Below are positions 9,319 to 19,608 of a DNA stretch of 64,000 bases, piece after piece. A program made the position numbers and the translations under genes. Under the pieces are notes generated by a model. That model was not told the DNA's origin. It saw only the letters and a list, made by a program, of their open reading frames with translations, and ran no database searches. The DNA comes from Methylococcaceae bacterium (lineage in GTDB: Bacteria; Pseudomonadota; Gammaproteobacteria; Methylococcales; Methylomonadaceae). Positions within the stretch are counted from its first letter, which is position 1; each line of letters opens with the position of its first letter. The stretch covers positions 1,184-65,183 of the forward strand of contig JBAXXH010000007.1 in assembly GCA_037127995.1 (NCBI GenBank). Reading direction: 5' to 3'.

Positions 9319-10056
9319 TCAGTTTACCGGTTTTATCGCCGTCACCAGCGCATTCACTGCATGCCGACGACTAACGTTAACCTCCAGAAAACCCGAATCA
9401 TGCAATTGCTGCACAGCAACGGCTTCACGCATGACATGATCTTCCGATTCATCATTAAACAAATGTACAATCCATTGTTCCAGTAAATCGCTGCGGTTAA
9501 GCGGCGTGAGAACTTTAAAATAATGACTGACTTCTTCCTGAACCGCGCGGGTGTGCTGCCTTATGTCGTTTAAACCATAACGGTCACCGTTAATAAAGTG
9601 TCCATCAGGCTTTAGTACACGAAAAATTTCCTTAATAACCTGCTCTCGATAGCTATTAAAAAAATTGTGCAAGGTATAAGCCGATGCGATGATATCTACG
9701 CTGTCATCCGCTAATTGTTGCAAAGCCGTCAAAGCATCATCGGCACAAAAGCTTAACCGTCCATCCGTTACCCATTGTTGTAATCGCTGTTTGGCCTGCT
9801 CTTGCATGGTTGGCTCATTATCAACGCTAAACACCACAATATTGTCTTTGGAAGTCAATAAAGCCAGCGTAGTAATGCCGGTACCACCGCCTAACTCAAC
9901 AACTTGCAAGGGCTGTGTTGTGTTTGGATAAGCACGCACTGCATCACCCACCAACCGACTCATCTCGGTTGCCGCAGGGCAAATCAATTGCAGCATGTCA
10001 TACTCTTGACCAATCACGCTGGAGAACATGGCATCGTACTGTAAAGTGTTACTCAT
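9319..10056 (-). CDS. Class I SAM-dependent methyltransferase
   Basis: Motif I VVELGGGTG, VDIIASAYTLHNF and IFRVLKPDGHFINGD. Confidence 0.85.
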   Translation of the reverse strand: MSNTLQYDAMFSSVIGQEYDMLQLICPAATEMSRLVGDAVRAYPNTTQPLQVVELGGGTGITTLALLTSKDNIVVFSVDNEPTMQEQAKQRLQQWVTDGRLSFCADDALTALQQLADDSVDIIASAYTLHNFFNSYREQVIKEIFRVLKPDGHFINGDRYGLNDIRQHTRAVQEEVSHYFKVLTPLNRSDLLEQWIVHLFNDESEDHVMREAVAVQQLHDSGFLEVNVSRRHAVNALVTAIKPVN

Positions 10057-10308
10057 AAATAACTATTGCTCGATTCAAATAGTCGGTATCTTACGCTTTT
10101 GTTGCCAGCCAACCAATTAATCAATCAATGGCGGCTTTTTTTTCATGTTACCTCAAAACAATAATCTACCTACAAAACCGGTCTTTCAGCAGCAATTCTC
10201 ATTATAAAAAATACTTTTAAATCATAATATTATGAGTCAAAAACCTCCGGTATCGATTTGAAATTTTTCGTATTTTTCACGGACAAATAATTTTTTTCCG
10301 GATTAAAG

Positions 10309-10755
10309 CTACCGGTTTATATCGGGCTCAAGGTGAACAATATGTCCGCGCTCGTCAAAAAAAACGGTAATCATTGAAGCCGTTCGGCACTGTTGTAATT
10401 CATCGGCTTTTACCTGATAAAACGCACACAGCTCTGTATCATTAACTTTTTTTTGCGCTGACGGCAGTATCGACCGCTTCCGTAAAGCACGACAGAATAT
10501 CCAGCCTAACCAAAGCGTCGCCATAATTAATAAGGCTGCACCGTATATCCCCATAAGTTCCAACAGGCTTTTGTAACCGCCAAACCAGCGCATTTGATTG
10601 ATCATTTTTTTATCGCCCAGCACCCAACTGCATAAGGTGACCAAAGGCACCAATAAATAAATCCACATCACCCAACAAATCGCCCAGACGAATAAAGCGC
10701 CCAAGCGTTTTTGCAGGCTTTGCAAATGCGGTGCATTTATAATGTAGCCTTTCAT
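10309..10755 (-). CDS. pgaD: PNAG biosynthesis protein PgaD
   Basis: Small protein with two TM segments, overlapping the pgaC stop. Characteristic ending ASMITVFFDERGHI. Confidence 0.8.
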   Translation of the reverse strand: MKGYIINAPHLQSLQKRLGALFVWAICWVMWIYLLVPLVTLCSWVLGDKKMINQMRWFGGYKSLLELMGIYGAALLIMATLWLGWIFCRALRKRSILPSAQKKVNDTELCAFYQVKADELQQCRTASMITVFFDERGHIVHLEPDINR

Positions 10756-12080
10756 TTATGACGCAAGCCTCTGTCTACGGTAACCCATACGGCACGCAGT
10801 CCGCGCTTCTTTTTTATGGCCCGGACAGAACCGACAATCGTGGTACCGACATTGATAAGCCAGTACACGAGGGGATACCAGACCATCCAGTAATAGTACC
10901 GTGCAACGCCGCCGGTGCTGGCTTCATAGCGCGAATCGATAAACAGGCTGACGCCAAATTGTATCAGGCAGGTCAGGCTTAACAACATACTGGTCCAGCT
11001 GGGGCTTAAATCATGCAATGATTGGTTGGTTGATTCGTTAAGCAACGCTACCGGTATATAGAATAAATGCAACAGGATCAAAAATGCCCAGAAAATACTG
11101 ATTAAGCATTCACCGTATAACAACCACATACCTCGGGATGACCAGCGAAACAGGGCGGGGAAATACCGCAGTAATACTTCGGTGCCACCCTGCGCCCAGC
11201 GTACCCGTTGTTGCCACAAGCCATCCAGGGTTTCCGGCATCAACACCCAGCACAAGGCGTTGGGTTCAAAATAGATAGTCCAGCCGGCCAACTGCAATTT
11301 CCAGCTGATGTCGATGTCTTCGGTGACCATGTCGTTGCTCCAATAACCCACGTTATGCAATGCAGATTTACGGAAGGCGGCAATAACGCCGGAGACGGTA
11401 AATACTTTGCCGTAAGATCGTTGCGCCCGTTTAATCATGCCGACAATGGCTGAAAATTCGCCCACCTGAATCCGGCCTAATAAGGTCGAGCGATTGCGTA
11501 TTCGTGGATTACCGGTAACGGCACCAACATTTGGATTATCATTAAAATGCTGCACCATCCAGGCAATGGCTTCGGGAGCCAACAGCGCATCGCCGTCAAT
11601 GCAAATCAGGATTTCACTGTTAGCCAGCAAGGCAGCGGTACGCAAGCCCATCGCTTTGCCCTGGTTGGTGTGTAAATTGACCACACGAAGCTGAGTGTGT
11701 TGTTCGGCTAAGGCCAGCAATATCGCCAGTGTATCGTCTTTACTGCCGTCATTAATGGCGATAATTTCAAAGTTGGGGTATTTTTGCCGCTGCAACACTT
11801 CCACGGTTTCACGAATATTAGCCGCTTCGTTATAACAGGGAATCAAAATGGAAACCGGCGGGTATTGCTTTAATTCAGGCAGGTGTTCGGCATTACCTTG
11901 CTGATGCCATTCATAGCGAAGATAAAAAATAATCGCACCAAACATCCAGATGTAAGCCATAAACAAAGGGTAGTAATAAATAAAGCCTTCGATAGCCGCA
12001 TCCAGCGGTTGCCATGCCAGCAACAATTGATGCCATTGAGTTTGTAGCAAAGCGCTTAGGTGTTGCAGGGAAATTTTCAT
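10752..12080 (-). CDS. pgaC: Poly-beta-1,6-N-acetylglucosamine synthase PgaC (GT2)
   Basis: PCYNE, INDGS, CIDGD, TEDIDISW and QRVRWAQGG motifs. Confidence 0.95.
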   Translation of the reverse strand: MKISLQHLSALLQTQWHQLLLAWQPLDAAIEGFIYYYPLFMAYIWMFGAIIFYLRYEWHQQGNAEHLPELKQYPPVSILIPCYNEAANIRETVEVLQRQKYPNFEIIAINDGSKDDTLAILLALAEQHTQLRVVNLHTNQGKAMGLRTAALLANSEILICIDGDALLAPEAIAWMVQHFNDNPNVGAVTGNPRIRNRSTLLGRIQVGEFSAIVGMIKRAQRSYGKVFTVSGVIAAFRKSALHNVGYWSNDMVTEDIDISWKLQLAGWTIYFEPNALCWVLMPETLDGLWQQRVRWAQGGTEVLLRYFPALFRWSSRGMWLLYGECLISIFWAFLILLHLFYIPVALLNESTNQSLHDLSPSWTSMLLSLTCLIQFGVSLFIDSRYEASTGGVARYYYWMVWYPLVYWLINVGTTIVGSVRAIKKKRGLRAVWVTVDRGLRHK

Positions 12081-12141
12081 GGTTTTTTAGTGCCGCCCGC
12101 ATTGCGCACACTACACCTGTTTTTTAAAACAAACGTCATGG

Positions 12142-14082
12142 TTAATGTAAGGCAGGTAGTGAAAAATGCTGCTGTAAATCCGTTAAGCGCGGCTGATCCG
12201 TAAACACATTATCGGGATAATAACCGATATGACTGACGCCCAATTTTTTCAATAGCTCCAGTTGTCCGATAAATACCGGCATGGGGATTTTCTCTTGGGT
12301 TTTCCAGTTTACCGCTTGCAGCTCAAACACGGTTTTTTTAAGCCCCTCGGGCTGTTTAGCTGCCGCTTTGACCAATTGTATAAGCCATTGCTTGGGATTT
12401 TTGGCATCTTCCATAAAAGGCATGGCTTCTATGGCAACATAATCATAATGGGCTAAAAAGGATTGATAGGATTGTGCGTACCATTCTTCACTGTAGGGCT
12501 TTAACAAAGGCAGTGCATAAAAATTACGCGCGGTCTTTATATCCGGTCGATAAATACGCACCCGATCAGCCAACTCATCAGTAAACTGGTTGATCAAATC
12601 GGTTTTATGTTGCGCCCATGCCATGCGCATGGCGGAGGTTGCATGCAGTTGTTCAAATTGATCAGGCAAGCCCCAGACTTCTTTGGCATAGCTTAGCGCC
12701 AGCGGGGATACATCTTCATAATCGGATAAAATGCCGTCATCATGAAACAAGAGCCCGTCAAAATTACACTGTTTGGCCAAATCTTCGTAAATTTCAGCGA
12801 CATATTGACGCGCTTCGGGGTTAAACGGTGATAGCCGGGTGTAAATATGACTGGATAATTGTGCCTTGCCGTCCCGCCATTCCTGAACATACCAGGATTC
12901 CGGCGCTTCGCCTTTGAAGGCCATAATGGGCATCCAGGCATAAACCTTGACCCTGGCGACTATTTTTAATTGCCAGGCCACCCGATTGAACAAGTCCTGT
13001 ATGACCGGCAAATGCCGATTGGGAAAATATAAGGCATCGGCATTGCCATCCCCATCAGGATCCGCATAAGCCTGTAAAAAAACGGTGTTGATGTGCATGT
13101 CTTTAATGCGCTGTATCGCCGCATCCAAGTTACGCTCCAGTTGCTTTGGGTCTTTATCGTAAAGATAATCCATATCCAGATGCGCTACCCGCAAAGGCCT
13201 GTCAGCACGCAGACCGGTGACAATTTTTGCAAATTGCCTGACATCGGGATTATCCACCATAATCAAACGCCGCAAGGTGCTGATATCAGCCAGCGTGTTA
13301 AAGCCGTCCATCAGTCGCATGGTGATTGACATTCCTGCTTCACGCGCAGCTTGCACGGCCATTTGATTATATTCCCCATACGGCCAAACCATCACCCGGG
13401 GTCTTACACCGGCATGTTGAAAGATAAACTCGGCACTTTTCAACAAGGCGGCATTAATGCGTAAATGATAATCTTCGTCCGTTTCGTAAACCAGCATGGG
13501 GTCGTCATAAATGCGCGTAACCGCCGCTGCCTGAGTATTGCCTTGCGGATTACCCAGCACGCCTTTATGTAGATCATAACTGTGAGAGGCGATTTCTACC
13601 AAGCCGGACTGCACCAATTCTCTTACCTGTTCCCAAGTAAGCAAGGGCTTGCCCGGCTCGTTAGCCGTGACATTACCCTCCATCCAGGTTCCCACCAGGG
13701 CAACCGTCGCTGAATAATGATGTTTTTTTAATAACGGAAAAATATGTGTATAAAAACTTTGATAGCCGTCATCAAAGGTCAACAGCGCACCTTTAACAGG
13801 TAACTCAATCTTGCCTGCTGCCGCATCAAGAATTTTTTGTACGCTGATAATCTGGTAGCCATTTTTTTTCAGCCAAGCCAGATGCTCTTCAAAATGATCG
13901 ATACTGACGTCCATCGAATTAAACGGCGGTTTAGCGCCTTCTGCTCCCACAATGTCATGATAATTGAGAACCAAAAAATGATGTTCTGTGGCTGATGCAG
14001 TACTGAAGAAACCTATCAGAAAAATCAACCCGGTTAGCTTTTTAAAAAAATTAACTGCGGTAAAAGGGGTAAAAAGAGTCAT
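12142..14082 (-). CDS. pgaB: PNAG N-deacetylase / glycoside hydrolase PgaB
   Basis: LNYHD, LTFDDGY, ASHSYDLH and VWPYG (CE4 domain) plus LFHDD...VAIEAMP (GH153-like domain). Start moved to the ATG at 14082; the ORF track gives 14202. Confidence 0.92.
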   Translation of the reverse strand: MTLFTPFTAVNFFKKLTGLIFLIGFFSTASATEHHFLVLNYHDIVGAEGAKPPFNSMDVSIDHFEEHLAWLKKNGYQIISVQKILDAAAGKIELPVKGALLTFDDGYQSFYTHIFPLLKKHHYSATVALVGTWMEGNVTANEPGKPLLTWEQVRELVQSGLVEIASHSYDLHKGVLGNPQGNTQAAAVTRIYDDPMLVYETDEDYHLRINAALLKSAEFIFQHAGVRPRVMVWPYGEYNQMAVQAAREAGMSITMRLMDGFNTLADISTLRRLIMVDNPDVRQFAKIVTGLRADRPLRVAHLDMDYLYDKDPKQLERNLDAAIQRIKDMHINTVFLQAYADPDGDGNADALYFPNRHLPVIQDLFNRVAWQLKIVARVKVYAWMPIMAFKGEAPESWYVQEWRDGKAQLSSHIYTRLSPFNPEARQYVAEIYEDLAKQCNFDGLLFHDDGILSDYEDVSPLALSYAKEVWGLPDQFEQLHATSAMRMAWAQHKTDLINQFTDELADRVRIYRPDIKTARNFYALPLLKPYSEEWYAQSYQSFLAHYDYVAIEAMPFMEDAKNPKQWLIQLVKAAAKQPEGLKKTVFELQAVNWKTQEKIPMPVFIGQLELLKKLGVSHIGYYPDNVFTDQPRLTDLQQHFSLPALH

Positions 14083-14411
14083 GTCATCCAAATTGTAAAA
14101 CTCACCTACGATGGCATACATAGTAACCGAAAAACGTACAAAACCGTTTGAATATTGTGTGATAAATAAAAACAGATTATCCACGAAATGCACGAAAGAC
14201 ACGAAAAAACTTTATACTTGATTTTCAAGTTCTCTCGCCTTGACTTTATAGATGGTAGGTAGCCCAGAGTATTGCTGCGCCAATGCACGCAGTCTGAAAT
14301 AAGGTTTTTCGAGCCTAAGCGAGAACAAGCATTTCCTGCACATTCCTACTGTGCGCCGGAAACGCCACCACACGCTATGCTTGATAAGTAGCTGAAAACG
14401 CCCAAGCCGCT

Positions 14412-14551
14412 ATCCCGGCATGGACTGCAGGGATCGAGTTGCCATGGATGGCATTCATAACACATCCACTCACTGATTTTTATACTCGATTTTATTGGAT
14501 GCAATGTAATATCGATGAGTACGTCCTTTTACTCTGGATTCCGGCACAAAT
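14412..14551. repeat. Truncated copy of the CCGGCATGGA...GTTGCCATGGATGGCA dispersed element
   Basis: Collinear similarity over about 140 bp with 21936-22079, including the CTGGATxCxGGCACAAAT end. Confidence 0.75.
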
Positions 14552-14673
14552 TAGATTTTTAATTGTTATATTATGGGTTACCAACTGTAAATCACATAGC
14601 TCCTCTCTGTTATATGCTTCTTCTTTTTTTCGTGCTTTTCATAGACTCTATTTTTTACCGGACGTGCCGAAGA

Positions 14674-15315
14674 TCAATTAGATAATAACTGCCCAATTCT
14701 GCGAAAAACGTCCGCAAACATGTCTTTGGTCAGACGTTTGGTTTGGACGTTATAGCGACTGGTATGATAAGAATCAACCAGTGTGCGTCCATCCGGCAAG
14801 GTGTGTTGTGCATTATGGGCAAAGGGGGCACTACTCAGCTTTAGGTTACAGGCTTTTAAAACGGCCTGATGCGCAACGGTGCCCAAGGCCAATATCACGG
14901 CCTGTTCAGGCAGGGTTTTTAACTCGGCCGCCAAAAATTGATTGCACTGATTAATTTCAGTTCCGGTTGGTTTATTTTGCGGTGGCAGGCATTTAACGGC
15001 ATTGGTAATTCGACAACGCTTAAGTTCCAAGCCGTCCGCCAAAGATTCGGACAGTAGTTGATTGCTGTAACCAAATTCATAAAGTGCTTCATAAAGTAAA
15101 AGCCCCGCATAATCTTTGGTAAACGGTCGTCCCGTAGCATTGGCACCATGCAGTCCGGGAGCCAAACCGACAATCAATAAGTAGGGATTTTTATCACCAA
15201 AAGGCGCTACCGGTCGGGCATGGTAGTCGGGATGTTTTTGTTTTACTTCACACAAAAAATCATCCAGGCGTTTACATAACCGGCAATCCTGATCGAATAT
15301 TTCTTTTGAAAGCAT
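14674..15315 (-). CDS. Uracil-DNA glycosylase, family 5 (UdgB-like)
   Basis: GLAPGLHGANATGRPFT, NAVKCLPPQNKP, SYHTSRYN and Fe-S cysteines CRLC...C. Confidence 0.88.
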   Translation of the reverse strand: MLSKEIFDQDCRLCKRLDDFLCEVKQKHPDYHARPVAPFGDKNPYLLIVGLAPGLHGANATGRPFTKDYAGLLLYEALYEFGYSNQLLSESLADGLELKRCRITNAVKCLPPQNKPTGTEINQCNQFLAAELKTLPEQAVILALGTVAHQAVLKACNLKLSSAPFAHNAQHTLPDGRTLVDSYHTSRYNVQTKRLTKDMFADVFRRIGQLLSN

Positions 15316-15531
15316 ATTTGTAAGGCTAAAGGGGAAAGTTTAAAGGTGAAAGGCTCAGTGCCCACAGTTAAGCGAAAATTGTTTAAAAAAACGGAGTGCA
15401 ATCGCTTCAGCTATTGCCTGTAAAAACAGCTAAAGCTGTTTTACTCCAGCCGCAGTATTATATTATTACGATGCTTAACTGTGAGCAGTGAGGCTAAAGA
15501 TTGCTTAAGATTTTTGGCTACCAATTTAAAG

Positions 15532-15660
15532 CGGGACAGATAAATAAAACTGGTCTATTGATTCCGGGAGCGCTGAGCCCCAGCTCGGCATAGTCAGTAA
15601 TCGGTTTGACTATCCCGTGCCGAGCTGGGGCTCGGCGTTCCCAGAAAGTTATCTGTCCCG
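15532..15660. mobile_element. MITE/REP with 11-bp TIR CGGGACAGATA and a long internal hairpin
   Basis: CGGGACAGATA...TATCTGTCCCG ends, with internal GAGCCCCAGCTCGGCA / TGCCGAGCTGGGGCTC. Confidence 0.7.
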
Positions 15661-15687
15661 GCTTAGTTGGTAGCCAGATTTTTTATT

Positions 15688-15738
15688 CACCACGAAGACA
15701 CGAAGTTTTTTGGTTTCTTTCTTCGTGTCTTCGTGGTG
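15688..15738. repeat. REP hairpin, CACGAAGACACGAAG family
   Basis: Perfect 18-bp inverted repeat. Related half-sites occur near 14181-14205 and 52833-52848. Confidence 0.7.
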
Positions 15739-15804
15739 ATTATTTTTTATGAATTTCAAAATACTCAATGTAGTGATTTGTATATAGGTCTTTCATAACC
15801 CGGC

Positions 15805-16353
15805 TTATTCTCTGACGGGTTTTTTATCCAGTTTTCTCTGCAAAGTGCGCCGGTGCATGTTGAGTGCTCTGGCAGCGGCTGAAATATTACCTTCATGCTG
15901 CATCAGTACTTTTTGCAGGTGCTCCCATTCCAGTCGCTTTATGGATAACGGATTTTCACTAATCAAGACCGATGAGTCACCTTCATTCTTATGAAGCGCA
16001 TTGACAATTTCATCAGCATTAGCAGGTTTGGTTAAATAATGGATGGCACCAAGTTTTATGGCCTCAACCGCTGTGGCAATACTGGCAAACCCGGTTAGCA
16101 TGACAATTTGCGTATTGTCATCCAAAGAAATCAGCTTTTTTACCAGTTCCAGGCCAGACTCATAGCCGATACGTAAATCGATTACGGCATATTCAGGAAG
16201 GCTTTGTTCGGCCAGAATCATGCCATCTTTTACATTGGTAGCCACCAACACATCATAATTTCTTTTTTCCAATGCGGACTTTAATACACTGCAAAAAGTT
16301 TCATCGTCATCCACAAGCAACAGTCGGGGGTTATCCGTTTCCAGGATCGTCAT
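15805..16353 (-). CDS. regA: RegA/PrrA/ActR-family response regulator
   Basis: Receiver domain plus LEWEHLQKVL...NISAAARALNMHRRTLQRKL. Confidence 0.93.
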   Translation of the reverse strand: MTILETDNPRLLLVDDDETFCSVLKSALEKRNYDVLVATNVKDGMILAEQSLPEYAVIDLRIGYESGLELVKKLISLDDNTQIVMLTGFASIATAVEAIKLGAIHYLTKPANADEIVNALHKNEGDSSVLISENPLSIKRLEWEHLQKVLMQHEGNISAAARALNMHRRTLQRKLDKKPVRE

Positions 16354-17713
16354 TATCAGTCTCGGTATTTAAAAGGGGAAGTTTGATTTCAACACAGGCA
16401 CCGCCTGAATCACTATTATATAGGTTAATTTTTCCACCTAAGCGATTGATCGTGGAATAGGTTAAAAACAAGCCTACACCCAGCCCCCGTTTTTTACTAA
16501 CGACGGGTTGTTTACCTGCGAATTCAACAATCTCTGAAGAAAATCCGGGGCCAAAATCCCGAATCTTGATGGTTATATTATCTAAATCCCAAGTTGCGTG
16601 AAATTCTATACCCAATTCAGTCGGGGACGCTTCGGCGGCATTATTTAAAATGTTAATCATTGAATGGGTTAAGGTGCGTTCAGCAATGATTTTAGCATTG
16701 ATAGCAACCTGGGGGTCTATAAAAAAACTAAGCTTTGCACCCGGCTTGTGGGTTCGCCACTGCTTGATAACATCATCAATATAATCTGTTAATAGCATCA
16801 CGCGACCTGATTCGGCACGCATTTCACCAGCTGATGCCGACATGACTGACAGGGCTTCTTTGCAACGGTTAATCTGTTGTTGCATAATCAACATTTTTTC
16901 GTTCAAATCCGGGTAGCGGTGGCCAGGATACTCCTGTTCGAGCTCGTGAGCCACTATCGCAATAGTGCCCAAAGGGGTACCCATATCGTGCGCGGCACTG
17001 GCCGCCAACGTACCCAAAGCGACAACACGCTCATCCCTTAACGCGTTTTCTCTGGCTTCGGCCAGGCTTCGCTCCTGAACTCTGAGCGTTCGGGCCAACT
17101 CAACTACAAAAAATGCAACCAATCCGGCACTGAATACAAAACCAAACCACATCCCGAACATGTGCAAACTAAAATAACTTTTATCATGCATGACGTGTGC
17201 ATTTTGCAGCATTCGAAAACTTTCTTCATTAGAATTTAGCATGGCCGGGTCAGGCATGTGCGGCTCTATGGACGGTAATGGAATATTAAAAGCGATCAAC
17301 ATGGTATACAGGGATGTGGTTAATATCACCATATACCAGGCATAAGCCTGGGGCAACATGATAGCAGTAATAATCAGGGGCAACAGAAACACCCAAGTGA
17401 TTGGATTGGAAGCTCCGCCCGTCAGGTACAACAGCGCAGCGATGGTAAAGACATCAACTGATATCTGCGTAAAAATTTCCAGCTCGGTGACCGGTTCATG
17501 GGTCTCCAGACGCATTGAGGTATAAAGATTAATCGCGCCTGATGATAACACCACCAACCAAAGCTGCTGCTCCGGCAAATTTATTTTAAGGCCATAGACG
17601 GATAAAATAATCAATACGACCTCACTAAGCATCATCATATTTCTGAGAATAAAAAGCCATTTAAGGTTTTGTCGAACCGGAATCTGTGATTTTGGAGATA
17701 TATATGTCAGCAT
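16331..17713 (-). CDS. regB: RegB/PrrB/ActS-family sensor kinase
   Basis: GGASNP quinone-binding-loop motif in the TM region, AAHDMGTPL H-box and GLGVGLFL. Adjacent to regA. Confidence 0.9.
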   Translation of the reverse strand: MLTYISPKSQIPVRQNLKWLFILRNMMMLSEVVLIILSVYGLKINLPEQQLWLVVLSSGAINLYTSMRLETHEPVTELEIFTQISVDVFTIAALLYLTGGASNPITWVFLLPLIITAIMLPQAYAWYMVILTTSLYTMLIAFNIPLPSIEPHMPDPAMLNSNEESFRMLQNAHVMHDKSYFSLHMFGMWFGFVFSAGLVAFFVVELARTLRVQERSLAEARENALRDERVVALGTLAASAAHDMGTPLGTIAIVAHELEQEYPGHRYPDLNEKMLIMQQQINRCKEALSVMSASAGEMRAESGRVMLLTDYIDDVIKQWRTHKPGAKLSFFIDPQVAINAKIIAERTLTHSMINILNNAAEASPTELGIEFHATWDLDNITIKIRDFGPGFSSEIVEFAGKQPVVSKKRGLGVGLFLTYSTINRLGGKINLYNSDSGGACVEIKLPLLNTETDNDDPGNG

Positions 17714-17998
17714 TTTATTGGCTAGTTGAGAATGATTGGGAATTAAAAGGCGCGAAAGGCCTAAAGATTATAGGCGTAAAATTAAAGCAGGCAGATGTTC
17801 TGACTTGCGCTTGTACCATTAAAATGGTGCTGCAACAATATGTCACATTTTTATTTGCAGTGTCTGTTGGTATTATCACCCCTAACTTTTAAGGCTCGTA
17901 ACGAGTTTTTTAGCTGGAAGTTGCGTTAAATCACTCCTAATAGCCTCCAGGCGGTTTTTTAAACCGCCATTTTTTTGTCTTTTGTTACTGATTGCTAA

Positions 17999-18628
17999 TC
18001 ATAAAGCGACGCCTAATCCGCCCAAACCGCAGTAACCCATAGGTTCTTTGGCCAAATATTGCTGATGAAAATCTTCTGCATAATAAAAAATGCCAGCGGG
18101 CACAATCTCTGTGGTTATCTGATTAAAACCTGCTTGCGTTAGCAAATGCTGGTAAACTTTTTTTGATGCCAGCGCCTCATCGAGTTGTTGCTGACTGTTG
18201 GTATAAATTCCGGATCGATATTGCGTCCCGCTGTCGTTACCTTGCCTCATGCCCTGAGTCGGATTATGGGATATCCAGAACAGTCGGAGCAAGTCTTGGT
18301 AAGTTATTAATAACGGATCATAAATAACTTTTACCACTTCGTTATGCCCGGTCAAGCCGGTGCACACTTCATCATAAGTCGGGTTGGGCGTATAACCACC
18401 GCTATAACCCACAGCGGTACTAAAAATGCCGGGTTGTTGCCAGAATTTTCGCTCAACGCCCCAAAAGCAACCCATGCCAAATACTGCCTGTTGCAGGTTA
18501 ACCGGAAAAGGCGGTGCAATGGGGTTGCCCGTTACAACATGTTTATTGGTAATGCGCATTTCAGCCGCTCTGCCAGGTAATGCTTGATCGGGTTCGGGCA
18601 GGGTAAGCTTTTTTGATGATAAAATCAT
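17999..18628 (-). CDS. msrA: Peptide methionine sulfoxide reductase A
   Basis: [26 protein letters not shown] and AEDFHQQYL. Confidence 0.97.
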   Translation of the reverse strand: MILSSKKLTLPEPDQALPGRAAEMRITNKHVVTGNPIAPPFPVNLQQAVFGMGCFWGVERKFWQQPGIFSTAVGYSGGYTPNPTYDEVCTGLTGHNEVVKVIYDPLLITYQDLLRLFWISHNPTQGMRQGNDSGTQYRSGIYTNSQQQLDEALASKKVYQHLLTQAGFNQITTEIVPAGIFYYAEDFHQQYLAKEPMGYCGLGGLGVAL

Positions 18629-18726
18629 AACTTATGGTATTTTGGTGGACGAATTAAGCGATTGTTGCATTTTATAGTACCGGAATTAATTATTATAACA
18701 AAGCAGTTACTGTTAACGAGAGAGTC

Positions 18727-19596
18727 ATGAGAGAGCAAGATTTATTACGCCGTTTTTTATTTGAAGAGTTGGGCGTCCGGGGTGAATGGGTTAAATTAAC
18801 CACCAGTTGGCAAGCGGCCAAGCAGCATCAGCAAGGCCCTTTAAACGCGCAACTTCAATTAGGGCAGGCGTTTGCGGCGGTGGTTATGCTGTCGGCAACC
18901 ATCAAATTTAACGGCTCGATGATACTTCAGGCGCAAGGTGATGGTGATTTTAAAACCTTGGTTGTACAAGCCACGCATGATCAAAAGATACGCGGTTTGA
19001 TCCGCAGCAATGACCACGTTCCTGAAGGCTCATTAGAAAACATGTTTGGGCAAGGACGACTGGTGTTAACCATTGAGCCTGATGACGCTCAACCTTATCA
19101 GGGCATTGTGCCGCTTCAAGGTAAAAATCTGGCAGATGCCTTGCAAACTTATTTTGAGCAATCCGAGCAACTTAAAACCCGGTTATGGCTGTTTGCCAAT
19201 GAAACCGAGGCCGTTGGTTTGTTATTACAGGAACTCCCTGCGCAAAATAACGATAAGACGGATTGGGAACATATTAAGATACTGGCAAACACGGTCACCG
19301 GGCAGGAATTGCTGGAACTGGATTGTGAAGATTTGTTGTATCGATTGTTTAATGAAGAATTAGTCAGACTGTTTGATGCCGAACCGGTTGAGTTTCAGTG
19401 CGCCTGTTCCAGGCCACGGATAGAAAGAACACTACGTGCACTAGGCGAAGAGGAACTGGAAAGTATTTTGCAAGAGCAAGGTCGCATTGCAATAGCGTGT
19501 GAATTTTGTGGTGAGCACTATCATTTTGACAGGATTGATGTAGACGCTTTGTTATCTGCAGAAGTCGTAGCCAATTCCTCTAAAACACGCCATTAA
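18727..19596 (+). CDS. hslO: Hsp33 redox-regulated chaperone
   Basis: C-terminal CACS...CEFC zinc switch and YQGIVPL. Confidence 0.95.
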   Translation: MREQDLLRRFLFEELGVRGEWVKLTTSWQAAKQHQQGPLNAQLQLGQAFAAVVMLSATIKFNGSMILQAQGDGDFKTLVVQATHDQKIRGLIRSNDHVPEGSLENMFGQGRLVLTIEPDDAQPYQGIVPLQGKNLADALQTYFEQSEQLKTRLWLFANETEAVGLLLQELPAQNNDKTDWEHIKILANTVTGQELLELDCEDLLYRLFNEELVRLFDAEPVEFQCACSRPRIERTLRALGEEELESILQEQGRIAIACEFCGEHYHFDRIDVDALLSAEVVANSSKTRH

Positions 19597-19608
19597 TTGA
19601 CCCGTAAA

